DNA of 64,000 nt from the human T2T-CHM13v2.0 reference genome, Homo sapiens. Position 1 is the stretch's first letter. Each line of letters starts with the position of its first letter. Of the stretch, positions 44,020 to 56,659 are shown in pieces. Below the pieces are notes generated by a model that made no database searches, had not been told where the DNA came from, and saw nothing but the letters and a program-made list of their open reading frames with translations. A program made the position numbers and the translations under genes. The stretch is taken from assembly GCF_009914755.1 (NCBI RefSeq), contig NC_060929.1. The stretch is one strand, 5' to 3'.

Positions 44020-45662
44020 GCCCATACGTCTTGTCACACATTTATTAATCAAATAATTACTACAGACAGAGACCTCATATAAGAATATTTTCCTGGGATC
44101 CCACACAACCTAGGGAAAGCCCAGGTGAGTACCCCAATAAATACTGCTTGAAGGAGATTAGGAAAAGAAATGAATGGGCTCAAATAGGAAAGTTGGAAGA
44201 ATTCAAGTATATACATCAGGAGGAAAGGGGGGGAGGGAAATGAGTTAATAAAACAAATAAGAATTGATCATATGTTTCACATTTAAAAATAGTTATAATT
44301 GACCCGGCGTCTCATATTTTGGATAGAAGAGAAGAAATTCAGCTCCACACCTTGTCAGAAAAATATAGCATTGAGATTCAGAAAATACACACACAGCCGG
44401 GGCATTTCCCTTTCCAATAACGTGTTACTAGTTAGAGTCGACATAACCAATAGAAACATTAATATAGGTTTAAACAAGTGTATCTCCTAGGCAGATCCTT
44501 AAATTCCTTTAATTTTACATTAGGATATAAAATCGCTCATTCTAATGGGTTAGTAAATGCATATAGTCCTTCAGAAGCCTCATTGATGAAAACACAGCAC
44601 AGGCAGAGGGAAATAGACTGTTATTTCTGCTCTGGCTGTATTTCCATTTCCTAATAACAGTAATGAACTTGAAGCATCGTATTTGCACACAAATAGGTCT
44701 AGATTCCAGTTTGGCTGCAGCTATACAGTTAAGCGTGTCACTGATGTGCACTTCCCAGCCTCAAAACACAATTTAAAGATCACTTTATGGAGAGTCGAAT
44801 TACAGCAATGTGCTTAAGCATTAGGGCTGTGGTATTTCTAAAAACTGTTGGCAACAGGGCCAAGTTCTATGGCTCATAAAAGTCGATCACAAAGTTCTGA
44901 GCTACTGCAGCTCATTGATTGTGGTTATCCTTTAAGTTTCTTAATGTTCCCACCCATGGTATACTGGCACCCATTCCATTTCTCAAGCTTTGACACTGTT
45001 CTTTCCTTCCTTCCCCTTCTCCTTGCTCACACGTTTACAAACGACTGCTCTGGGCCATGCCCAGGTAGAGTCGTGCACAGGTCCTACCCTCCAGCAGCTC
45101 AGAATGTGCTTAGGCCGACGCGAAAACAAGTAAGTACAATGTGAATATTGATGCGTACCAGTCACCATGAAAACACAGAACGGGGAACACCTGCTGCCGC
45201 CCACCTGAACTGAGCCTTCGTGAACATGAGTTCAACAAGCAAACCATGGGATGGGGGGCAAGAAATGGCATTTCCAGCAGATATAAACGAACACAGGTAC
45301 ATTTTAAAACAAAGCAAATGCACCAATGCACAATGTCCTCAGGAAACAGGGGCGTGATAAGCGGGTGGTGTGGCCAGATGGTAAAACAGGGGCGGGGCTG
45401 GAAAGTTAAGGCCGGACGCTGAGTGTCCTTTACTACTAAGCTTAAGAGTTCATACTACAGGCACCTGGGGGCCACCAAGAGGTTTTACTGGTCTGGCTGG
45501 TTGTTATTGCTGCTGTTGTTGTTGCTTCGAGTAAGCGGAAGAGATGATAGCAGTGTGGAGGACGACTGTGACGGGGTAGAAAGGTGGGTAGTGGAGGCCG
45601 GGAGAGCAGCCGAAAGTCTCTCCCTGCACTTAGGCACAAAACCCCGGTTCTGAATGAAGCAA
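44020..45662 (-). other. Candidate terminal exon / 3' UTR of an unidentified minus-strand transcript
   Basis: Acceptor gcttacctcttctcctgcag before 45662; no recognisable repeat; CpG retention; U/GU-rich UTR-like tracts; candidate polyA signals ATTAAA (44508-44513) and AATAAA (44041-44046) on minus. Confidence 0.45.
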
Positions 45663-46323
45663 CTGCAGGAGAAGAGGTAAGCAGCTGGCTTCAAGTGGTC
45701 TGTAAGCAGGGGCTATACCCCGGGCTTGGTGTCCAGATGGATATAAACAGCAAGAAGAAGGTGAAATAACGGCACAAAATTTCCACCCCAAGGAAACAGA
45801 CAGAAGCTGATGCCAGTCTTTAAAAACTCAGGAATATAAAAGGAAAAACTGTTTAGGAGATCAGAATTAATTTGACTTTGGACGTTACGTTTGCATATCC
45901 ATAGGGAGAAGCCCACAGGCCACACCGAGGCAGAAGAGACTGTGGGTGTAGAATTTGTGAGGGTCCCAGGGAAAGAGGAGAGGAGGGCTCAACAATCGGG
46001 TAGTGGTCGTGTCCAAGGAAGCCGCAGCTGAGACCCTGGAAGGGGAAGCCTGAGTTCAAGTCAGCATGGAGTGCCAACAGGCTAAGCCAAAAAACATCTC
46101 GTGCTGTTGGCAAAGGGCTGGCCCAGAAGAAAGCGTCGCAGGTTATGTATGGGCCTCAGCGGAACTGGGCCTTCCCAGAAAAGGGAGAAGAACGAGGTCA
46201 CAGGTGAAGAGAGGAGGTGCTGGCACCTGTCAGAGTGGAGGCGGAGGACCTGAGATTTGCCTTATCAGATGGGGTGGGATGGGATGAGCTCAACTGAAGA
46301 TGCACCAACAAGATAGGCACCAA

Positions 46324-46645
46324 GGCCAGGCACAGTGGCTCACACCTTAATCCCAACACTTTGGGAGGCCAAGGTGGGAGGATCACTTGAGCCCAGGAGT
46401 TTGAGGCCAGCCTGGACAACATGGCAAAACCTTGTCTCTACTAAACATTTTTTTTTTAATGGTCGGGGGTGGTGGTGTGCCCTTCTAGTTCTAGCTACTC
46501 TAGAGGCTGAGATGGGAGGATCACTTGAGCCCAGGAGGTTGAGGCTGGAGTGGGCTGTGATTGTACCCTCAATTCCAGCCTGGGAAACAGAGTAAGACCC
46601 TGTCTCAAAAAAAAAAAAACATAAAAATAATTAAAATAAAATATT
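46324..46645 (+). mobile_element. AluJ
   Basis: ggaggatcacttgagcccagg in both arms; TSD aagataggcacc/aagatgggcacc. Confidence 0.93.
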
Positions 46646-47392
46646 TAAGAAGATGGGCACCTAAAGGGCAAATGGAAATGAGTCTGGAATTCAGGAGAAA
46701 AGTCAGAGGAACAGGGACAACTACACTGGTTCCCAGAGTAGTTTAAAGAAAAGGTGTTCTGGATGTATAATCAGGAAGAAAAGTTGCATTTTTCAGCAAA
46801 ATATTGACATCAAGTATTTAATTCTTTCTTCATATATAATAAAGATACCAAGGAAATCTCTTTGTGAATCTATATGATTTCAGTTTTAATTTTAAATAAT
46901 ATTTAGTAATAAAGAAAGTACTCAGATGATTATAAACTAATAATCATTTTTCAAAAAAAAAAAACCATGTTCCAATTAATTTTATGTAGATGTGGTTTAT
47001 ACTGAATGGGCTGTCTTGGAATCACCAGGGAAGGCCAGCACGGGCACCAGGAAAGCTACCATAGGTGGCATTTACCTTGGTGAATTCTCCATGGTCTGAT
47101 GCTGGCCTCTGACTGGGCACCCCAGAAGCTTGATCTGTAGAGTATGACTCATGCTAACAAAGCAATGATGTCTAAAACTAAACCTGGACTTGGCAGTTCA
47201 CAACAGAAATACAATCGTCAAATGGCCTAAATACCCTGTTTAGTGTAGCCACTGCATTCTTCCTCTATGGGGAAATTGGGGAGGAAAACTATGAAAAGGT
47301 TACCTGGGGAGCAAGGAGCCGGTTCCCATGAGCAACCTGGTCTCTACATGTGGTAGAAACAGGCTGGTAGAAATAGGGGGTTTTGGTGGGGT

Positions 47393-47564
47393 TTTTTGTT
47401 TGTTTGTTTGTTTGTTTTTTAGTCAGGGTCTCACTGTCACCTAGTCTGTAATGCAAAAGTGTGATCATAGCTCACTGCAACCTTGACCTCCTCCTGAGCT
47501 TAAGTGTTCCTCCTGCCTCAGCCTCCTGAGTAGGAACTATAGACATGCACTACCACACCTGGCT

Positions 47565-47603
<39 letters not shown>

Positions 47604-47720
47604 AGAGATAGGGTTTTGCCATGTTGCCCAGGCTGGTCTTGAACCCCTGGCTTCAAGCCATCCTCCCAATTCAGCCTCCCAAAGTGCTGTGATTACAGGC
47701 ATGAGCCACTGCACCTGACA
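47393..47720 (-). mobile_element. AluJ with long internal poly-T
   Basis: (TTTG)n tail, gatcatagctcactgc, T-run ~47567-47601. Confidence 0.92.
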
Positions 47721-48089
47721 GGCTGAGGATCTAATGCACCCAGAACCCCCAGGTCACCCACAACCTACCCTTTGCCCTGGACATATTTGTCTTCCTATCT
47801 CCTTACTCTTTGTTCCACCCCTGACTAGATCTCTGTTTTCTTTCCACTGAATCACTCCCTAAATCCTGTACTAGCACATTCATCTTCAAGAGTCTTCAGT
47901 GCTCCGTAAAGCCAGCAGAATAAAGCTCAGATGCTTCCACGTGGCTGAGACCGGGCCACTTCCCAGACTCACCACCTCCCACATCAGTGCACATGCCCCA
48001 TTTACCACAGGTGGTTGGTGCTTCTCCCACTCTGTAAGCTTTGAGTTCTCATTTCTGTGAACTTGTGTTATTGGTTCACATTAACTATG

Positions 48090-48290
48090 TACCTTCACTG
48101 TGCAGGTACCATGCTAGAGTATGCATATCTATTTGTGCATCCAGTCCCCAACCCTGGGAAGTCCGTACCATCATCATACCCACTTGACAGATGAAAACAC
48201 AGAGGCTTGGGGAATAAAGACACTTGCCATACAGCAATCGAGAGAGGTGCAAGCCTGGAGTCTGCGTGCTGGAAGATTCCACCACACATA
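48090..48290 (-). mobile_element. MIR
   Basis: cccacttgacagatgaaaacacagaggct...acttgcc core. Confidence 0.6.
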
Positions 48291-48449
48291 ACTGCTTCCC
48301 AAGGCACTCACACATGGTCTGCACTTCACAGTGTTTGTTTATCAATACACGAAGAGTTTATATTTGTACTGTGGAAAAATGTGGATCAGAATAAAGTAAG
48401 CAACATCTTAAAATAAAATACCTTATTATTTTAAAGAACAAACATTTTT

Positions 48450-48795
<346 letters not shown>

Positions 48796-48849
48796 TCAAG
48801 ACTCTTACCTAACTTTAAAACCTAGTTGAGTTTGTCTTCTTCAGCATAA

Positions 48850-49030
48850 ATGCCGGCTCTACCACAAAATTGCTGGGTGACCTTGGGCAAATTGATTACC
48901 CTCTCTGATTCATGTTCTTCATCTATCAAATGGGAGTAATCATCATGTCCCATCCATTCTTCACTGATGAAGTACCCAGATAACCTGGGTACCACTGGCA
49001 CAAGCACTTAATAAATACCAGCTATTATTA
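48850..49030 (+). mobile_element. MIR
   Basis: gggtgaccttgggcaaattgattaccctctctga...catctatcaaatggg. Confidence 0.7.
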
Positions 49031-50869
49031 TTCTACACTATGTCCTAAAGACATTGTTTATTTTGTCTGAATTTTAAAGTGGAAAATCCGGCTGTCTTTG
49101 CTCAAGCCTATTTTTAAAACTCTTGGGGAAATTGTAAAATATAAAGTTATTAAATTAAATTAAAATCATGAGCTTGCTTTGGTCGGGTGGCCAATCTTTT
49201 TGTTTTCTTCTTTGTGTCTCTGTAGGAAGAAGGGCGCCACTGTATGCCTGGGCTGCCATCAGCAGCATTGACTCATTGCTAAAAGAGGGGAAAGCTCAGG
49301 ACTCTAAATCCTGAATCCTTCAGACAGTCCTGCCATTTCCCAAACATTGCACCAACATCATGAAATACTTTAAAATCAATAAAAATGCATGTGGCAGAAG
49401 GCAATTATTCATACATTATCTGAAAACAATAAAGGAAGATATACCTTCCATTCAATTTTCAGGATTATATATATTACAGGTGAGTATTTTTAGCAGACTT
49501 TTCCCCCTTTCTCTCTTTTTGCTCCAACTGTTAGTTTCATAGGGTCAGAGAGAGTTCAGTTGTATAGAGAAAGTACTAACTGCTGAATGGCTCTGTCAGG
49601 CTCCTGTATTTAAGGAGACAGAATTGCATATTACAAGAAAATGATTGTTCAGCTACCTTTTCATTAACAATTTGTCTACAAGGAGACAGGCTTAACTGCT
49701 TCTATTGAAGTTGGGAAGCAACAAATTGAATGTGTTCCATAAGGATTATGTCATACTTCAAACATATGGTGAGCTACAAACACCAAGATATCGTATTTGG
49801 AAATAGTGGTGGGTTCACTATTGTTTGGTGGCTGTTTAATTGAATAGTCATAAATAATACTTTTTTTAAAAAAACTTGTCATCTGCATAATCTCAAGTGA
49901 AATACTGTAATAATTTTCTTTTATATATGTTTTTGATCCTTGACACATTAAAGAAAAATGTCTTTTCTTTAGGGGAAACTACACTGAAGGTTATTAAGGA
50001 AACATCAGCTATAAAATGCATCCTAGGTCAGCTTCTTGTAATGGGGTTCCACTTTGGAGCACAGAGAAGACATCCAAAGGTGTGGAGGGGAAAAATTCTA
50101 GCTGAGCCCAGGGTTGATGCAGAAGAGCTTTCCCTGAATGCACCCCGAGATTGAGGTCCTGGGGTCAATAGGCCAACCAGGCTTCCTTCTGCCTCTGTCT
50201 ACTGAACAGAAAATCTAGTCCCTCCACCTCCCACCCACAATGTTCCAAACTGAATGCTCGACATTTTAACACATCAAGTGACAACACTAACTTTAGACAC
50301 TTTTAGAAAGCACCATGTCAGTGTTGGGTTGTCATCATGTATATGGCCAGTAAGTCCACAACAGGTCAAAGCCCTGGAACCCCAGCCATGGTTTCAAGGA
50401 GTCCAGGTTTATTATGTCGTGTCTGTGACACATGTCTCCACCAGGAAACCCACTCTTGCTCAGTAATGGAATATTATTCATGAATGCTCACTGTATATAA
50501 AGTTCATAGGCTTAATGCCAAAACAATATTCTGTTTTCCTACTTAATAGAAAGAGATCACTAATTACTAGTGCAGAAGGAAAAATACCTAATTCCACACA
50601 GAACAAAGGATACCCATGGAGGCCATGCTGGGCAAGGCTGGCTCCAAGTGTCAGCTACAGGTGTAAATGCATTGATAGAGAGGAAGAAGGGGAAGGTTGT
50701 TTTCTAACAAGTTTTTAAAGGTTGACCTGACTGTTGTTAAGATTACGAAGAAAGACACTGGAACAGTCATTCTCAACTCTTCAAACTCAATGCCCTCTTT
50801 TTATAACATGATTTTGTACATACCCCTTTACTGTCTTGAAATGTAATTCATATAAAAGATAATCTAAGA

Positions 50870-51550
50870 CAATACTCATTAGGATGGCTACTATTAAAGA
50901 TACAGGAAATAACAAGTGTTGGTGAGGATGTCGAGAAATTGGAACCCTTGTACACTGTTGGTGAGAATGTAAAATGGTGCAAACCTCCCTGGAAAACAGT
51001 AAGGTAGTCCTTAAAAAATTAAAAACAGAATTCCCATGTGACACACATCCCACTTCTGGGTGTATATCCAAAAGAATTCAAAGCAGGGTCTTGAACAGAT
51101 GTTTGCACAGCCACGTCAATAGCAGCACTATTCACAATAGCCAAGAGGTAGAAGCAACCCACATGTCCATTGATGAATGAATGGATAAAAAGAATGTGGT
51201 ATATGCATAGCATGCAATATTATTTAGTCTTTAAAAAATTCTGTTACATGCTACAATATGAATAAACCTTAAGGATAGTGTCCTAAGCGAAATAAGTCAG
51301 TCACACACAAAAAAACTAATTCTATATCATTCCTCTTATAGGCAGTATCTCAAGGAGTCAAATTCATAGAAACAGAAAGTAGAGTGGTGGTGGCCAAAGG
51401 TTGGATGGGAAGGGTAACAGGGAGTTGTTTAATGAGTATAAAGTTTGCAATGAGTATAAAGATATGCAAGATGAAAAGACCTGGAGGTCTCTTTCACAAT
51501 AATGTGAATATGATTGACACTACTGAACTGTATGCTTAAAAATGGTTAAG
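50870..51550 (+). mobile_element. L1MA/MB-like 3' region
   Basis: cattaggatggctactatt...aataacaagtgttggtgaggatg...gaagcaacccacatgtccattgatg...cttaaaaatggttaag. Confidence 0.88.
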
Positions 51551-51587
51551 AAGTTTTAAATATAGATAGCTACAGATAGATATAGAT

Positions 51588-53866
51588 ATTAACCTGTTTT
51601 ATGTTACTATAACAAAATACCATAGGTAATTAGTAAAGAAAAGAAATTTATTTCTCACAGAGCCCTCGTGACCTAATCACCTCCTATTATGCTCCAGCCT
51701 CTAAACACATTTGCATTGGGGATTTCCAACACATCAATTTTGGGAGACACATTAAAACCATAGCATTCTGCCCCTGGCTTCCAAAATTCATGTCCTTTTC
51801 ATAATGCAAAATACATGCATTTCATTCCAATAGCCCCAAAAGTCTTAACTCATTCCAGCACCAACTCAAAAGTCCAAAGTTCAGTCTTATCTGAATCAGA
51901 TATGGGTAAGACTCAAGGCACAATTCATCCCCAGGAAAATCCCTCTGCAATCTGCGAGCCTGTGAAATTAATAAACTGTGTGCTTCCAAAATACAGTGGT
52001 GAGACAGGCATAGGACAGACATTCCCATTCCAAAAGGGAGAAATAGGCAAGAAGAAAGACGTGATTGGTCCCAGGTAAATCCAAGACTCAACAGGGAAAA
52101 CATCAAGTCTTAAAGCTAATAATAATCCTCCCTGACTCCATGTCCCACATTCTGGGCACACTGGGACAGGGGCTGGACCTGTAAGGCCACAGGCAGCCCT
52201 GCCCCTATGATTTTGCTGGGCTCAGCCCACCCGGCCACTTTCATGGGTTGGAGTCTCATGCTTCCAGCTTTCCCAAACTGAAGTTGCATGTGGATGGCCC
52301 CACAGTTCTGTGATCTCTGAGATGGCCTTACTCCCATAGGTCAACTAGGCAATGTGGCAGCTTGGACCCCACATTTCGGCTCAGCATTGCCCTAGTAGGG
52401 GCTGTCTGTGTTGTCTCCACCCCTGGGAAAAGTTTCAGCCTGGGCCCTTGAGCTGTCAAATACATCCTTTGAAATGTACAGACCCCACAGTTTTTGCATT
52501 CTGTTCATCTGCAGAGTCAACACCACATAGATGTCATCAAGACTTACTGCTTGAGCCCTCTGGAGTGGTGGCACAAGCCATACCCGGACCCATCTGAGCC
52601 ACGGCTGGGACAGCTGAGGAGTGCTGTGCCTGAATGCAGGGAGCAGAGTCCCAAGCATCTCTGAGCAGTGAATGTTGAAGTCCCACGGCAACCTTCCTGG
52701 AAACCTTCTCTGGAAGGCCCTGTTCTGGGCCTGTGATGGGAGGGGCAACCTGCTGAGCCCATCAAATGCCTTTGATGTCTTTTCCCCATTGTCTTGATGA
52801 ATGGCACCTGGCTCCCTTCTATCCATGCTAATCTCTTTAGCAAACAGTCTCTTGGCCACACTCTTAGTTTACTCTCCTAAACATGCCTTTTCACTCTTTA
52901 CATGACCAAGGCTGCTCATTTCCCATATATTTTGTTCTGCTTCCCTTTTAATTATAAATGCCATCTTTAAATCATTTCTCTTCATTCACATCTTACTATA
53001 TGTGGTTAAAAGTAGCTATGCAGTTCCTCCAGTATTTTGCTTAGAAATTTCTTCCACCAGATATCCAAGTTCCTTGCTCTTAAATTCTACCTCCCATAAA
53101 GCCCTCAGTTGTGGACATGATTCAGCCAAGAATTTATAATAGTTCTTTGTGAATTTATAACAAAGATGGCCTTTACTCCAGTTTCCATTACTTTGTTTCT
53201 CATTTCCATCTGAGATCTCATCAGATTAGCCTTTACCATATCAGAAATGTTCATATTTCTACCAGTATTTTGATTAGGACCACTTAAGTAATCTCTAAGA
53301 AGCTTCAGACTTTCTCTACAAGTCTCTCCAGAATCATGCTTAATGGTCTGTTCACAGCAATATAGGCTGTTGCTTGCCTGCTCCTCCACATTTTCCCAGC
53401 ATCTAGCCATTACCCAGTTCCAAAGGTGCTTCCACATTTTCAGGTATTTATTATAGCAACAGACCTACTTCTCAGTGCCAATCTTCTTTCTTGGCTCATT
53501 TTTTGTGGCTATAACAGAAAAATACAGACTGGGTAATTTATAATGAACAGAAATTTATTTGGCTGGTGGTTCTGCAGGCCAGGAGTCCAAGAGCATGGCA
53601 TCTGATGAGGACTTTTGTGCAGCATCATCCCATGGCAGAGGTGAAAGGGCAAGAAGTATTGAGAGCAAAAGATCAAGAGGGGGCCAAAGGTTTTGTAACG
53701 AAGTCACTCTTATGATAACTAACCCACTCCTGGAATAACAACATTAATCCAGTCACGAAAGCAGTCCTTGTGACTTAATCAACTCTTATGACACCCTACC
53801 TCCCAAAACTGTTGCACTGGGGGTTGACAACACATAAACTTTGGGGAATACTTTCAAACAATAGCA
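51588..53866 (-). mobile_element. Near-complete MST-type MaLR provirus: internally deleted LTR (~51588-51764), internal region (~51765-53487), LTR (~53488-53866)
   Basis: Both LTRs share ctataaca..aaatac, gtgacYtaatca, aaacMatagca; internal ccaatagccccaaaagtcttaactcattccagc and cattacccagttccaaag...ttccacattttcaggtat. Confidence 0.85.
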
Positions 53867-54619
53867 ATATAAATACATAAATTCTAACACAAATATGATT
53901 TTAGAAATAACACAATACCCCAACTGAAATAAAAACGTAAAAAGAAATTTATAGTATAATGTGCATAGAAATGTACATTATACACATTTAGCACAGAAAT
54001 GCTCAGAAAAGCCAGCACTGGAGGTTGTAATGCAGGAGTCAGGTGCTTGCTGCTGTCCTTAGAATCTTCAAGAACATGACAGCCACAGAGGCAGACGGAC
54101 AGGGCTGGGCTCCACTGGTAAGTTAACCACCACAGGTGACTTTCTAACTCCAGTGAAGTTCCAAGCAAAAGGATTTACACAATGGTTTCTTTCCTGGAAA
54201 ATTTAGGGTACATCACAACTATTGGAATACAGGTTTACCCACATGAAAGTCCCACAGTACACTTAAAAAATTATTCAATGGGCAATACTGCCCCATGAAT
54301 GCAGGATATAGAGTGTTCCCAGGCCATGCCTACTAAATGCAAGCAAAGCCCCCAAGTCTTTGTCACAATCAAAACTGCCCCTCCAAATTCCATAATATAG
54401 CACCCCCCAGGGAGAATCACCCCTAGAGGAAGCAGTGAGAATTGCCTCACTAAACTATGAGATCCAAAAAGAAAATCAAAGAATGAAGCCTTTTATTCAG
54501 GGCTCTGTCACCTGCCAATCAAACAGCTCAGGGCCCACCCCAGGCCATTGCCCAGGGGAGATTTCACCAGGTCTTAGAACACAAGCAAAGATTCATCTTA
54601 GCAAATCCATCTCAGAACA

Positions 54620-54845
54620 GAACACATGGATATAGGGAGGGGAACATAACACACCCGGGCCTGTTGAGGGGTTGGGGGAAGGGGAGGGAGAGCATTAGGA
54701 AAAATACCTAATGCATGCAGGGCTTAAAACCTAGATGACGGGTTGATAGGTGCAGCAAAGCACCACGGCACATGTATACCTATGTAACACACCTGCACAT
54801 TCTGCACATGTATCCCAGAACTTAGAGCAAAATAAAAATAAAAAC
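54620..54845 (+). mobile_element. L1PA7/8-like 3' tip
   Basis: gggcttaaaacctagatgacgggttgataggtgcagcaaa; TSD tccatctcagaaca. Confidence 0.92.
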
Positions 54846-55295
54846 TCCATCTCAGAACAAAAGTTGGATTTTGGTTCTTAATTTTTTTGACATTCATTTA
54901 TCTCCTCCTACACATGTTCTCTGTCCTAAAGAATTGGGTATTTTAAAGTTAGCTTTCTGGAGTTTTATTTTACTTAAGACTCTTGAAAATAAAAGTTTCA
55001 GGCTCAAAGGAGCGAAGCACTAATGGTGAAAACTGATGTCCTGTTAGATTTCTGAGAGAATCATCTCTGGTCTTCCTGATGACCCCAAATAATCCCATGC
55101 CTGGAGCCACCCATTCTGCCAAGATCTTGGCACTGATTCCGGACTGAACACTAACGTCCATGTATTTTCACTTGGTGATTGGCAGCTCCCTTCTTGCTTT
55201 GTTGCATTATGCAGCTGCCTGGAGGCTCAACTGAGCCACCACTGCTACAATGGCACACCCACCTTCTCCAGGTTCCTCTGGCCCATAGCACTTAC

Positions 55296-55325
55296 CTGCA
55301 TTCAGTGGAAACAGAAACAAAAGGC
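55296..55325 (-). other. Candidate 30-nt exon (or recursive AG/GT splice site)
   Basis: cattcctccttag|GCCTTTTGTTTCTGTTTCCACTGAATGCAG|gtaagt; perfect donor consensus. Confidence 0.3.
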
Positions 55326-55342
55326 CTAAGGAGGAATGATGT

Positions 55343-55976
55343 TGTCAGAGGTGTTCGAACCAAAGCGACTCCATCTTGAATACTGGCTGGGTAAGACAAG
55401 GCTGAGATCTACTGGACTGCATTCCCAGGAGGTTAAGGCATTCATAGTCACAGGATGAGATAGGAAGTCAGCACAAGATACAGGTCATGAAGACCTTGCT
55501 GATAAAACAGGTTGCAGTAAAGAAGTCAGCCAAATACCACCAAAACCAAGATGGTGACAAAAGTGACCTCTGGTCATCCTCACTGCTCATTACATGCTAG
55601 TTACAATGCATTAGCATGCTAAAAGACACTCCCACCAGCGCCATGACAGTTTACAGATGCCATGGCATCATTAGGAAGTTACCCCATATTGGTCTAAAAA
55701 GGGGAGGAACCCTCAGTTCCAGGAACTACCCACCCCTATCTCTGTAAACTCATGAATAATCCTCCCTTGTTTAGCATATTATCAAGAAACAACCATAAAA
55801 ATGGCCAACCAGCAGCCCTGAGGGAGTAGTCTATAGAGTATGGAGTAGCCATTCTTTCATTCCTCTACTTTCCTAAAAAACCTCCTTTCACTTTATGGAC
55901 TCACCACGAATTCTTTCTTGAGCAAGATCCAAGAACCCTCTCTCGGGGTCTGGATTAGGACCCCTTTCCAGTAACA
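55343..55976 (+). mobile_element. MER41B solo LTR (ERV1)
   Basis: tgtcagaggtgttcgaacc...actccatcttgaata start, ggacccctttccagtaaca end, perfect 4-bp TSD atgt; has the B-type segment after aaaaggggagg. Confidence 0.92.
55717..55725. promoter_or_regulatory. GAS/STAT motif TTCCAGGAA within MER41B
   Basis: Matches TTCN3GAA at the position of the first MER41B STAT1 site; function not shown. Confidence 0.5.
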
Positions 55977-56644
55977 ATGTCACAAAGAAAATAATACTTA
56001 AAACACCAATCAGACACTCATTAACATATTAACTACATGTCTTGCACATAAGGAGAGGGGCAGTGGGCTTCCTCACAGGAATAAGACTGCATAAGAAAGA
56101 TGCTTTAGAGGTTCTTATGTCAGCCAGTTCTCCCTGTACTCATGTATTTAACATACATTTACTGAGCACATACTGTGTGCTGGTACTAAAACAAAAAACT
56201 TATTACAACAATAAGACCCAGTGCCCATGTCTACACAGTTCCAACTTGGGGTGCCGGCTGCCATAACAGAGCATCTGACTGCCGTAACATCATCTTCAAG
56301 AACACTGAGGGTAGGATAAAGACAGGAGTTAGCTGTTGGCAGTGAAAATGTCCCCAAAAATAAAATGTCTGAGATCCTGAGATAATGAGGGCAAAGGGGT
56401 TTTATGTGCCTGCATGACAGAAAACATTAAAAACTGTAAGCAAGTTTTGTGTCTAGACAGAGCCAAGTCGAGTCTAGGAACCATTATTTGATACGCAATT
56501 TTCTACTTAGCAGCACAGGTATGCAGAATTCAATTTGGGAGTGATCTGTATTCTATTCAGTTTCCACAATAGCATTAAAATGTACTCAGGAACAGGGGAA
56601 TTTATCTTCCTGCAAATTCACTCCCTAGGGGTCCTGTAGCTCAC

Positions 56645-56659
56645 CAATGGGTTTCAGTG
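56645..56659 (-). other. Candidate 15-nt microexon
   Basis: ctgttgtctgttctgccgcccacctcactag|CACTGAAACCCATTG|gtgagc. Confidence 0.22.

Noticed and set aside
44020-45700. Processed pseudogene explanation for the CpG-rich block
   Set aside because: No poly-A remnant or TSD found and no recognisable parent protein; an intron-type acceptor borders it.
52392-53437. ORFs of 155, 105 and 110 aa
   Set aside because: Broken remnants of the MaLR internal region.
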